A DNA stretch of 64,000 bases from positions 10,106,001 to 10,170,000 of the forward strand of contig JAQFVV010000009.1 in NCBI GenBank assembly GCA_028023455.1, written 5' to 3'. Shown here one piece after another: positions 39,311 through 52,355 of the stretch (position 1 is the first letter of the stretch; each line of letters begins with the position of its first letter). Source of the stretch: Epiperipatus broadwayi. Its lineage: Eukaryota > Animalia > Onychophora. The position numbers and the translations under genes were made by a program. The notes under the pieces were generated by a model, which saw only the letters and a program-made list of their open reading frames with translations, was not told where the DNA came from and made no database searches.

Positions 39311-42300
39311 ATTAAATATTTACATAATTGTTAGCATATTATCTATCCATTATATAAACAACATACAATTTCCTGCTGTCATTACTTGAGCTAGAATCTG
39401 ACTGTAAACATCAAAAGCATGCTCAGCAAGTTAAATGCTTTATAAATTTATAGAATCATACAAATTAATATAAAAATATATATTCTACTTGTTGGAATAT
39501 ATCAGTCTCTGTTTATAGTCAGAAGATCCAACGATCTTATATTTGCGATAGCAAAAAAAAAAAAAAGATTGCAAAAATTAGGGATTCATAAACTTTTTTC
39601 AAAAAAAGATCATGTAAACAATTTTTTGATGATGGTGGGCCAGAGAAATAAATTTTCTAAAAACCATCTCTCTCTTCTCACATTATCATTAAAAACAAAA
39701 AGTTTTGAGAATCAAAGCCCAAAATGATTAAATAACTCATTTACTAATTGTATGTCATATTAAACAAATTCAGAAAACTTAATTTTTTTTATTTCTTTTT
39801 GTTTTTTAGTATATGGTGAATGCCATTATTTCTACTTACTGATTTTTTTGTAGCATCATAAAAAAAACAGGTGTAAAGATGAACAATTGTTTACAATGAT
39901 ATATATTTCCAAAAATAGATAGCACTTATAGGTTGTCAATGGATACCAGATAATAATACCAACAAAACCCTCAGTAAAAATTATGGCTATTGACACTTCC
40001 ACAGCCATAATTAACTTTTTATACATTTCACTAAACAACAAATATATATTTTGGTGACATCATTTCATCTGTTAACTGCAAGCATATTTGATAAGGAAAT
40101 TGATTCATCTTTCAAGTCATTAATTTGGCAAATATAAAAATTAGCACGTGTAACACACAGCTTCTCACTAACAAAGGTCAATAGTCAAAAAATGTAATAG
40201 GGAATTTGGATGACAATTATCAATTTATATTTCCAATAAATTGATCTCAATACAGATAGTTATTATGATATTCTAGCTTAATGACTATTGCTTTTGACAA
40301 TCATTAGTTATTATTGAAACAAAGGTCACATTAGCATTTATTTTATATAATTTTTTAATAATTCTATTTGGTGGAGCTCTAAAAATAGTCTGCCTAGAAT
40401 TATAAATCCTCACGTCAAAAAAAAAAATAGATAATTTACAATTAGTATAGATCAGGAACTGTTAGCTCTAGAATCACATGCAGCTCTTTTTATCATAATA
40501 AACATAAACACATTTTTTATTCTTACTTGAAATTTATAAATAAATGTTTTTATGGCTCTAAGAAAGGCAAAATGAGCTTTTTTCACATTGCTCTTTGGAT
40601 TCAGTCTTAATATAGTATAATAATTACTGTATACTGATGAATGTTTAAATAATAGAAATTTGTGAATAAATCAAACTATCACAGTAATTTTTTGTTTATT
40701 TATTTTAAAAGAATTTCAATTATCTGTACAGTGATGTTCAAATACAATCACAACCATCCAGAAATCTATATTTTTCATCAATCTATTTTTCACCTCCTTC
40801 CTTGCTGTTCTTTTAATTTTTTTGATAGAGATATTTAAGCCAAATGGGTATTCATGTTAAAAGAATTTGTAATCCCTAATGTAGATGAATAAATAAAAAC
40901 TGTAACAACAGTAATAATAAAATCCATTATCCAATTTTGAATATTTCTGTAATGTAATTTTGAATGACTAAATATACTTCCGTTGTCCAATTTGTTCTCA
41001 AAACAAAGTACCTTTTAAAATTTACACTTATTAAAAATGATTTAATACATTCATGTACTTGCATTACATTTTACAAATTTCAACTTTTGATCATTAGTTG
41101 CATTTTTTCCAGAATAAAACTAATTCGTAAATCTTATTTATAACATTAAACAAAGAACAAATTTAATAAATAATTGAGAGAGATTCCTTTAAAAAATAAA
41201 TACTTTAATACATATATTTTCTAAATTATAAATATTTGTTTTAGAAATTTAGCTTTTTAAAAATATATATTGAAATTAATGGATTATATTTGTAAAAAAA
41301 AATAGTGAAATATTATAGATTTTGTAAAACGTAATTAATTATGATCAGTAAACATTTTTTTAGATATTCCTTTATCGAAGCAAAACAATAAAATGCAAAC
41401 ATATTTCACACAATGGGTAATAATTTGAAATATATTAAAAAATTTAGGAAATAAATATTGAGAATATTTATAATTTTTGTTATTTTTCAATTATTATTTA
41501 ATTTCTTTATTATATTTATATAAATTGTTTTTATAAAGAATAAATATCAGCAAGCAGATAAAATCTTATGTTGTGGATCAGATCATGCTCATGGACTAAA
41601 GTTTGAGGACCTTTGCTTGACATAAAAAGAAATTGATTAATATATGTTGTAGTTTTAACATTTTAAAATTTATCTATGTATATTGAAGGGTTTTTTTTTA
41701 ATTGTTATTTTTGTTTTTATGCTTGTTATGAAACTAGAATAAATTATTGGAGGATATTATAAATAAAAAATAATTAACAAACAATGCCAGTTTCAAAACC
41801 TCAAAATATAAGCCTATATATATAAGGGCAACGATAGGTATAAAAAAGTAAAATTATAATTAATATACTGAATGTGAAGAGGTTAGAGGGGACAATGTGA
41901 TATAAGTAGAGGCATCTTACATTAGGCAGAAAAATGATAATAACAAGAAAATAAACATTAACATCTTTATATATATATATATGTACTGAATCCCACTTAT
42001 TATAGGTAAACTTTTATTCTTTTATATTTTCCTTATTAAGAATTTAATACTTTATCTTAAATTAAAAAAAATAAAACAAATCGGGTTAATACCTTTATAT
42101 AGCTTAAACAAAACGCAATTATCTAATATACTTTCAACTACATATAATGTTCCAAGTAGTACTTTAAATTTATGCACTACTACAATGATCTTTACTTTTG
42201 AAAATGTAATTCTAGTCACTAATTAACAAAAGTACAATGTTGAATGATATATAGTCAATATTTTTGAATATAAAATAGTGACATCTAGCGATTTTTATAC

Positions 42301-42677
42301 AATTCATTTAGGTAAAGAAATTACAAAACATTAATGATTTATAAGTTTTTATAGTAGTATTATATAAAATAAATTACTACTAACAGCGTTTCTTTCATTA
42401 CAATTAATCATTCATTGAAAAATAAATGTACGCAAAAAAAAAATCAAGGAAAAAAATTATAATTTAAAAAGCAGCTTAATTTTACAGCTGCTGTTAGCTA
42501 ATGTAAATAAACATATTTGAAACGTCCTTTTTATTAAATCTCTTGTTAAACTTTTTTTACCCTTCATTAATTTATTTTGGTTAACTAACCAGCTTATGAT
42601 GTAAAGTTTAAATACTAATATAATATATCATAGATATTGTTTATATGTCTCTTGTAGTATTAATTTATCAAACTTAC

Positions 42678-42806
42678 CCACTCATTTTCTTTTGCATTAA
42701 ATCTATACAATGCAACATGACTAGCCATATCAACAATGTCTGTGATATAAGGATCACATCGTTGTAAAACCGCTAGATTCATACGTCCTTCTGCAACATC
42801 CGCCAT
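42678..42806 (-). CDS. DCP1: mRNA-decapping enzyme subunit 1, first coding exon (43 codons, phase 0)
   Basis: MADVAEGRMNLAVLQRCDPYITDIVDMASHVALYRFNAKENEW matches the N-terminus of the Dcp1 EVH1 domain (MNLxxL...DPYI..I......VALY.F....N.W). Followed by a canonical GTAAGT donor at 42677-42672. Not in the supplied ORF track. Confidence 0.93.
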
Positions 42807-43766
42807 CTTGAACAATAATTCTGCGCATGTTATTCTGATAACTCATTTAATTGTAACCCAAAGTATTATTGGTGTATAAAAGAACATTTAATGTATTATT
42901 AAGAGTTTTAAATATCAAATATTTATTAAAGAGAACAACTATAAAAATTATAATGAGAATAATAAATATTTTTTAATTAATGAATTTTCATTTATACTTA
43001 GCCATTATTAAAACTTTACAAACACGTGACATGAATTTCTCAAGGATGCTGACAGTGATGAAATAAATTCAATGGAAAACTATAACTAGAACATATTGAT
43101 TCCTAAAATAAATATAATCTGCAAGGATACGCTTTTTTGTTGTTTTGAAATTAATGAAATTACAATTATTTTAATAAGCAAATAATGAAAATGTTTCTAT
43201 CATTTATATAAAAATGAATTTAAACATGTACTTAAATGTTTATTTTAGAATAAATTTATAAAATATGTAAAGCTGTTTAAGGGTTTTTCGTAGAATTCTT
43301 CGGACTCGTTTTGATCAAAAATAAAATATTGTTAAAGCAAGTTTGTCAGCAGTGTATTCTGGGTATTAAAAACATGATATTCTGAGTAGAGTGCCCGGAT
43401 GATAAAATACAGTATTTCGGTATTATGGGGAAAATAGACGGAGCTTGATTGAATACTTGAGGATTATTTTTATTTTTATTTTTTTTTTTTACAATTTTGG
43501 CCGTTTTGTGCAATTGTAAAACCATGGTTTCTCGACATTTGGGTAAAGTGTTCTCTCTTATATTGTTTCTGTGCGTGTTTTAGTGATGTATTTACAATTG
43601 AAGTATTTAAAAATCAAAGCGATGTGGAAAAAGTCTGCGGGTTAAGATGGCAGAGTCGCTGTGGTAATTCATATATCTCGGGATGCTGATTATAAAGGAT
43701 GTGCACGGATGTTGTTTAACAGTCGTATGAATCTATTGTGATTAATCTGAAGAAACGGAAATAACA
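42807..43766. promoter_or_regulatory. Bidirectional promoter / 5' leaders in a CpG-retaining island
   Basis: 960 bp between divergent ATGs. CpG density from ~42.3 to ~45 kb is much higher than in the flanks. YY1-like AAGATGGC at the DCP1 start and at 43644-43651. Confidence 0.7.
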
Positions 43767-44155
43767 ATGGCGTACAGTACTGATTCTGGATATATTTTTT
43801 CAGAATTAAATAATGAACGTGAGCATAACAACGGCAGGGCCTTGGGTGCATCAGGATCGGATTCGGCGGCAATTGCTACAGCGCCCACCCAAAATAGGAT
43901 ACCTGGTTCTACGACACAACTCGGCACATCAGGCTTACAAGAAACTGCAAGTCCTGCTCCTGCCAAAACTGAAATTAAACCTCTTAGTAGTGCATGGCAA
44001 ACAACACTGAGTGTAGCCAGTGCTGCGACCATGAACCGAAAACGGAATGCACGAAAACCCCCCGGAAAGCAAGAAAATCGCCCTACAAGGGCTTTATTTT
44101 GTCTTACATTAAAAAATCCCCTTAGAAAACTGTGTATCAGTATTGTGGAATGGAA
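43767..44155 (+). CDS. Ca-alpha1D: L-type voltage-gated Ca2+ channel alpha-1 (Cav1; CACNA1C/D orthology group), first coding exon
   Basis: ACAATGG start with an in-frame upstream TAA (43743). Contains PLSSAWQ and [26 protein letters not shown], the diagnostic Cav1 N-terminus/IS1 entry. Ends at a U12 donor in phase 2. Confidence 0.95.
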
Positions 44156-45730
44156 ATATCCTTTTGAAAATTAAATTTTTATTTATTTATGTATATTTTT
44201 CTCTTTCTCATTTATTAAATTAAAACATAATTCATTCCAAGAATTAGTTAACAATATGCTATAAGCCTTGACTACGCGCTGTGTTGTAATTTGCTGCCAC
44301 ATGTATGGATCTTTAAATTTTCACTTGGAGGCAACTATTTTAAAGGGACGCTATTATTTAAGATATTTAGTGAAGCTGTCACGCACTCCTCTTTTCAAAA
44401 CTAACATTCCTAAAAACTGTTGCTGAGAAAGGGGAGGGAAATAATTCAGAGCCTTTACACTATCAATTTTTATGGATACGTTATCATTAAAGCTTTCATA
44501 GTAAAAAAAAAAAAAAAAGTACAAGAGTCAATTTACAAATCTTTTTTTATTTTTTATGAATGTAAAATCTATTCCCTTTTCAGTTATTATTGTGGCGCAA
44601 TAAATCTTAATGAATTGAAAATACATTACTATATTTAAACAATGATACTTTATATATATGAATACTAATCAAATATAATATTTAAAAATGTGATTAGTAC
44701 AATAATTAAATAATTTAAAGAATGAAGGTTGACTTATTTCTAGTAAAATAAATATCGTATCCGGTATTTTTGAAAAATAAATATGATGGAGAATGTGTAA
44801 TTAATGGATTTTAAATAGAAATTAGTTAGCATTGTTTTAACCTTCAAATTCATCGAGAATTATTAGAAGTTACATAACCCAGATTTTATTTAAAAATTCA
44901 AATCGTGTTAAAAAAATTTACCCGATATTTTTTTTTTTCGGGGCGATCAAACGAAAAGTTAATTTAACTAGGCAAAATCTTTCTTATATATGTTATTCAA
45001 TGATTTTTATTGTAGATAAACTTTCCTGAAAAAAAAACAAGGATCCACTTTCTTTCAAACTTTTTTACTATTAAATAAATATATAAAATAATAATAATTA
45101 TGAATTTTAACATAGAAAATATAAATTAAAATTTTGCTACTTATTATAGTAAATGTAATCAAAATGAAGCATTAAAATGATAATCAAATGAAATGAAAAC
45201 TATAGAGAGAGAGAACATTTAATAAATATTACATTTTAAACATAGTAATCTGTTAAAGTACAAGTCTAATACTGTAATTAGTAATCCTTGTTGCAAAGGA
45301 TAGCTTTTTAAAAATGCCTAAAATGTGTAATTTTAAAATGATTTTTTTAAGTCTACACAATTTATTAATTAAGCAATTGTACAAATAATATAAAATTTAT
45401 CCAAAAAAAAAAAGAAACTAGAAACTTTCTATCTCTGACCCCATATGTTTTTATTTAGATCAGTTACATGCAATGTTTTTGGAAACATATTACATTAGAT
45501 GCTAAAGATAATCAACGAAAAAACAATCTACGAAGAAAGAAGATAGGGATTAATGTTCCTTTTTTTACTGCCAAGAATTTGAGTTTGTTTTACCTGTCAT
45601 AAACTATGCATGAGTTTTGTTTTTGTATAACTCCCATAAAATACTTTTATAGAAAATTATTGAAAGTAAAACAAAATTTTTCAAATTCAAAACATCCATT
45701 AAATTAAATAAATGTTTCTGTAGAAATAGA

Positions 45731-45812
45731 TTATTTTTGAATAAGATATTTTTAAATCATAAAATAAATAATTATTTTTAAATAAGATATATTTAAATCA
45801 TAAAATAAATAA
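45731..45812. repeat. 41-bp tandem duplication
   Basis: TTATTTTTGAATAAGATATTTTTAAATCATAAAATAAATAA occurs twice with two substitutions. Confidence 0.75.
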
Positions 45813-48699
45813 TTTTGTTTTTAAGCCATATTATTAGCTCATTTTATTTTGTTTATTATCTTCCAAAATAGTTTTTATTTCATTTGCTAATATTCAAATT
45901 TAATTTTCAGTTTTCTTATTTTCAATGTAAATAATTTCCATCTAAGATAGCTTATAAATGAGACATAAATGTTTCATTGAACCTGTTGAAATAGTGTGTC
46001 ATAGTTTTTTTTATTATTTACTAACTTCATTTTCTAAGTTTTGCATAGTGTGGAACAAGAAGAGGAATTTCTTGTTCTTCCTAACTATTGAAAAAATAGC
46101 TATGCTATGTTTTCAATACAATAATAACAAAAATAATAATTGATTTGAAAGAAAAAAACAACCTAAATGTTAAACCAAAATAAAATTTAATATTATTTAT
46201 TTTTTAAAAGATAAATGTTCATTTTTATCACTTTTATTTGAGGAAATAAATGTAATTATCAATAGCTAAAGAAAAAAATATGAATTTACATATATAAAAT
46301 AATCATAGAATTGAAAATTACAATAAAATTGCTATAAACTCTGTCTAATAAATCTTGTTGAATGTTCCCATTTTTTTCATTTTCATGTATTCTTTTATCT
46401 GTTCTTTTTGATCCTGGAATCATTGCCATACAAATATATATATATATTTGGTTTGATCATTTCTTAAACTGTCATTTTATTGCGCCTATTATTGACAAAT
46501 CATTGCTCTGATGCAATATTTACTTGTATAGATTTTTTTTTTTTAATTTGAAGCAATTTATATATGTATGTGCAATAACATACACATAATTAGTTTTTTC
46601 ATTTTTATAAATTCTAATAATAAATAATTAACTATAATATATATAAAATAATCTCAAATTCTTTTTTTTATATCTAGGATGCTATTTAAAAATGTAAAAA
46701 GTGTCATATTTTTAAAGAATAGATAATTGAAGGTTTACTTATTTTCAAAAATTCACTACAATTCCAATGCCGCTCCTTTCTTATTCCCTCACAGTAACTG
46801 TTTTACTTCTTTTAAATTAATATACAGTTGCTTTTTAATTATTATATGAAACAATAAGAAATAAAAAAAATCCTGGGAAAAAATGTTTCAATTTTACCAA
46901 AGTTTTAAACTGATTCCTAATACAATAAACTTCATACTTTGAATTAAAGTAAATGCCAAAAAAATATGTTAATTTTTTTATTTGTAAAATTAAAATATAA
47001 AGCAAGATTTCTATTCTTTTTAATAAATAAGTTTGTAACAAAAATGTTCTGTATTAATAACTATAATTAATATTAATTCTGATTTTTTAAAATATGTAAT
47101 TATTATGATATGAAATTAATATATTACGCACACTCATCTTGCAAATAATTGATATGAAAATTTTAAATTATAAAATCTAAAATTACCTTTATGTATACTT
47201 TTATTGTATTCCAGGAAGTATTGTTTTTAATATATTTTTCATTTGTTTTGTTTTTTTCAATCTTTTGAAAAACAATAGATTGAGATCTTACTATAGTATA
47301 ATTTGTGACTCATCATTTTATAAAAGACAATAAATAACAATAAACAAACTTTTTTATCACAATGTAAATTGAAATCTCACCAGAAAAATTAATAATTTCT
47401 TAAACATATTATAAAATCTTGCTTTAACATTTTAACCATAATACATAATAATGACATTATTATAAAATCTTTTTTCAAACTGCAGAATGTACTACTATTT
47501 TCTATATAGCATGCACTTGTTGAACAATTTAAAATTAGAACTTCATATTATTAACTTATTTACCTGTTTATTAATATGGCTCTTTATATATAGATATTAC
47601 ACATTTTCAATGTGGATGCCCATTTTAAAAGTTGCTTCACTTATTTCAAAAAAATAGTTGCCTTTAAGGATGAAATATATTACTTGTAAATAAACATGTA
47701 TATATTTAATTATATAATTTATTATGTATAGTTTATTATCTATAATTTACAATGTATGAATTATATTATCAAAATGTTCTCTGCTGAGTTGTATAATATA
47801 TAAAATAGTCATCTTTATTTACATTTCAGAAATTGGTTACTATGTTCTGTATATCAGGCAATATTTTAATTTTACAATAAACTCAGTAGAATGTGTGTTG
47901 ATGATCTAATTCATATATGTGTGTGTATATATATATATATGTATGTGTGTGCATATTAATATTCTTTGAAATCAATCTTATTATTTTATTTAAAACCTTT
48001 TAAAACAATATATATATATAATTTTAGGCTTGCTATGAAGTGATTTAAGCAATTATATATGCATATGTGTGATTATTAGATATATTGTATATATACTTAC
48101 ACTATCATTTCTGTAATGAATATTGTAACATTTGAACTTTTTTATATTTAAGTGTTTATATTTAGATTTATTTTAAAAAGTGATAATAAATTTTCTATAT
48201 TCATTTAGGTAATAATGGGGCACAATCCTTAATTGATTTTATTATTAATAGAATATTGACTTGTGTTTGAAATTTTAATTGCATTTTTACATAATTATTT
48301 AGCTATGTGCATTTGTTAAATTGAGATTTATTTAGCTGCAATTTCTTACTATTTAGCTATCTAATAGTTTCATGAGATCATCTAAATAAATAATAGAAAT
48401 TAACTTCTGAGTCATAATTATCACAAATCATATGTTCTACATCATAATGTATATAATGTTTTCACCACTAACTCTTGAGTTTTGCTTGTGTGTTTCAAGA
48501 AGTATAAAAGAATACAAATTAGCTCTATACTGTTCTTTATTATCTGTCTATACTATTTGGAGTTTCTTTTTCTGTTTGTATTTTGTGCAATAAAAAAAGT
48601 TATGGGTTTTCAATTTCCAATCATCATTCATTCAATATATTTTAACAACAGTTATAATTTCCTTTCTATAACTTTCATCCATAATTCACTTTTTTATAC

Positions 48700-49850
48700 A
48701 ATGTTTTATTGGAAACTTTCTTGCATCTAACAATCTCTTAATAACTTTTTATAGCATATTGTTTCAAATGCCAAAATTCATCTCAGTGAATGTTTTGTTA
48801 TCACTCATCTTTCACAATCATATAATATATTAGCAAACATGCATCTGGACAATTGTCTGTAAATTGATATCTTTGCTTTTTCAAATCTTATCCATGTTAT
48901 ATTTATAGATATCTTTTTGTTCTGATTTTTTTTAATAATCAAAATCAAAATATTTTATATTGTCTCATTCTTATTTTATTTTTATACTTTCTCTTTTTGT
49001 TTCAATTATATTTATGTACAGCCCATGTCATTTTAATTTTTTATGTAGCATCTCTTCATTTTCTTCAGTAAGTGCTATATTATCTGCATATTGTAAATGA
49101 TTTATTCTCAGTCCAAACTTTTGAAAAAAAATTCAGATATTGTTTGATATTTTTTTCATGAAGTTCTGATTAATCTGTAAGAGTTTTCTTTATATTTTAC
49201 TTTTGTGATGTGATATTCAATTGTTTGAAAGGCTTATATTGTATTAAATGTTGTTATTTAATGAATAGTTAGAATATGTGCTGAAAAAATCCATTCATAG
49301 GATTATATAATATCACACATATTTTCACTTAAATATTTCAATATTTGCTTTGTGAACTAAATTAATATTCAGATAGTCTGCTAATAAATGGAATTCATGA
49401 ACACTAATTGTTTTACAAACTTTTATATCTAATATACTCAAATATGTATTATATTTTCTAAATAATATCTAAAGAAAATTTAATAGATTGAATTATCAGA
49501 GAATTTTCTTGTTTATTAATGCTGATAATGTAAAAGCAAAGTAATAGTAAACTTATATAATTGGGAATTGTGAGACAGAATCTTGTTTCTTATTAATTAA
49601 AGACTGTTAACATCCAATCACAATATTGTATCAAGCTATATAATCAAATAGTCCTGCTTCAGGATTGCATTCTCTAATACTGTTATAGAGGAATTTCTAA
49701 AATTTGATCTAATAAAAAGTTATTGAGAATGAGGTAAAAATTTAAAGCATTAATTTTTGAGTGTCATTTAAATTGGATTTAATTGACTTTTCCATTAGAG
49801 AAATGTGAATGAACTTGAGAATATTATATTAATTCATTGCAATGAATTAA
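48700..49850 (-). mobile_element. Decayed LINE RT fragment inside the U12 intron
   Basis: Minus-strand GLRINHLQYADNIAL (the YADD motif region) at ~49030-49090, plus weaker flanking RT-like segments. Confidence 0.6.
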
Positions 49851-51123
49851 TTGTACTTACAAATACTGTAATTTTTTGTCATTTTTTTTTGTATATTAGT
49901 GAGAGGTCTTCATAAGAGTATTTATCTACAAGGAAAAAATACCTTCAATTGTTTTTATAAAGTATACTGCAGTCTATATAATGATAATGGATTTTTTTTT
50001 CTTTCTTCATTAGATTATAACATATTTTTATCTTTTTCTAAGTAATCAACAATCTCTATAAATGGTACTATAATATTTATAAAGCTTGTGATGATAGTAA
50101 ACACTCAGAAATCAGGAAGTGGAAATAAAAATACTAGGATTATTTATTGCAATTGAAAGTAGATTAATGAAACATGGTAGTGTCTCAAAATAAATCATGA
50201 GAAAGATAATAAATATTGAACAATCTTTTGGTTTGTATATGCTTGCATCCTTTTATAAAGAGATTCACCACATTTTCAAATTATATCATTGATGTGTAAA
50301 ATAACGGCAACATAATTAAAGTCTTACGTTTTTTAGAATGATTAGAAGGTTATATTACAACTATTCTAAGCATTTATCTTTAGTCTGTTTGAAAGTGTGC
50401 TGACTGAAAATGATAATTAAAATAATCAATACATATTTTTATAATAAAATATAAAAAATTCAAGATAAAAATATATTATGAATTCAGCATGTGTAGGAGC
50501 ATGATATTCATATTATTTATTTTTGCAGTGAGTGCATCAATACTTTTTTTGGAATATTTACTGTCTAAATAATAAGGGCTAGATATTCATTTATCAATCA
50601 ATAAATAGTTATATTGCTAAATTGGTTATAAACTAGCTATTTTAAGTTTCTTTGTAAAAAAAATTCCAAGTTTTACATGAATCTAACTAGACCAGATCTT
50701 GGGTCTGATAGGCAGATGGATTAATCATTACAACATTTAAACTCTAAATTGAATCATTATGGTTCTGACAATACTGTAAGTGGAAATGGAAGTAAACTGT
50801 TTTGATCAGTCTATATATTCAGACCATTTTAGAAGGATCAAAAACTTCAAAAGTATAAGTCATGGATCAGATATTTATAATGATTTCACTAGGTAAACTT
50901 CAGATAATCTGTAACACAAATATATAATTTATCATTATTACCTTTTCAATATATAGGAAATGTAAACTACTGAAAAGCATTAAGTAAATTTACAACAAAA
51001 TTATCTGTTAAATATTTTATATAAAAACATTAATAAGTTATGTCAAATATTAATTATAGCTAACAAAATATTTAAGATTATTTATTTGTATTCAGATAAA
51101 AAAAAGATGCAATTCCTGAAGCA

Positions 51124-51185
51124 TTTGGCTCAATAGTCAAGATGTCGGACTAAAAATTTAAAGAGTTTTGAATTGATTTTTGGCT
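51124..51185 (+). mobile_element. Degenerate tRNA-like SINE head
   Basis: TGGCTCAATAGTCAAGATGTCGGACTAAAAAT...GAATTGATTTTTGGC resembles an AT-drifted A-box/anticodon/B-box layout. Confidence 0.35.
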
Positions 51186-52355
51186 ATATAAAGTGAAAAA
51201 AAAAGTCACTTTGGAAAAATAGAAAAAAACTTTTGTGTTTGTAACCCCGATTGTAATTAAATGTCACATTATTTTCTGAATCACTGACCATATTAATAAT
51301 TATTTATGAGTTTCAAAAAACAATACTTGATGTTACAAAGATCAGTGCATTAGATATCAGAAAAGTGATGATTGTTATTGTCGTAATTTGTATCAGTAAT
51401 GATAAAACTTTAATAGATAATCTCATGATAATTTCAGAGGCAACTTTTGATGAAGTTGACCAATTATTTATTATCATGAAATAAATAATTTCTGGTGAAG
51501 TACTAACTGCTACTTGTATGATGATGATGATTCAAAATAGAGGTCTAATTCATTGCAAATACATTTTGTTAATAGTGCATTTATTTTCGAGAAAACATCA
51601 AAAAGGCATAAATGTTTATATATTAATGTATATGTATACTCATTAAAAAAACAACCTCTTAAACAAAAATTATTGAATTCATAAAGAAAAAAAATATTTA
51701 AAATTTAATTATCAATCTTAAATTCGTTGGAAGATATATCATAATTTCAAATATTAGTAGTGCTTTTACTTTATTAGTTCAAATTTGAAAGCAAGCAATT
51801 ATAAGAATATGATAATACAATCTCCAATTTATGATTGATCTCTAATTTTCCACTCTGAATATAATGAATATGTTAAATGTTTGTGTGTATTCTGGAACTT
51901 ATCTGTTTTTAGATATTAATTCTACTTTGGTTAAAGTATATTTACTTTATATTAATTTTATAAATATATCACACATATCAAACAATTCTATTAATAATAA
52001 TTTGAGTTGTATAATAAAAATGTAAGTGCATATTTTTTTTAGATAAAGTAAAAATAATCTAAATTTAAGCATCAGTGTTATGACTTGCAATACCTTACCA
52101 TAGGATAAGAATTCTTTTAAACCTTTTTGAAATTATATAGTACTACTATTCATTTAATAAGATTATGTGCCCAAAACTTACAATTTATTGCTATTATGTG
52201 TTAGTATAAATAGGTGAGCATCATTAAGCTATATTATACAACAAGGGTGTTTATAATAAATTTAAAAAAATATGCATAAGAAAGAAGTGATTAGGCATTA
52301 AAATTAGAAGATTAACAAGTTTAACTTGCTTGATTTATCTAGCCATAATCTAAAT

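Noticed and set aside
40445-41620. hAT-MITE-like termini at ~40445-40610 and ~41575-41620
   Set aside because: No matching TIR pair or TSD could be established.
42105-42160. Minus-strand GTLYVVE resembling DCP1 exon 2 (GTLFVY)
   Set aside because: No EKTxxEG upstream and no usable acceptor or donor.
43690-44032. Minus-strand and alternate-frame ORFs overlapping Cav1 exon 1
   Set aside because: Shadow ORFs of the GC-richer coding exon; no recognisable homology.
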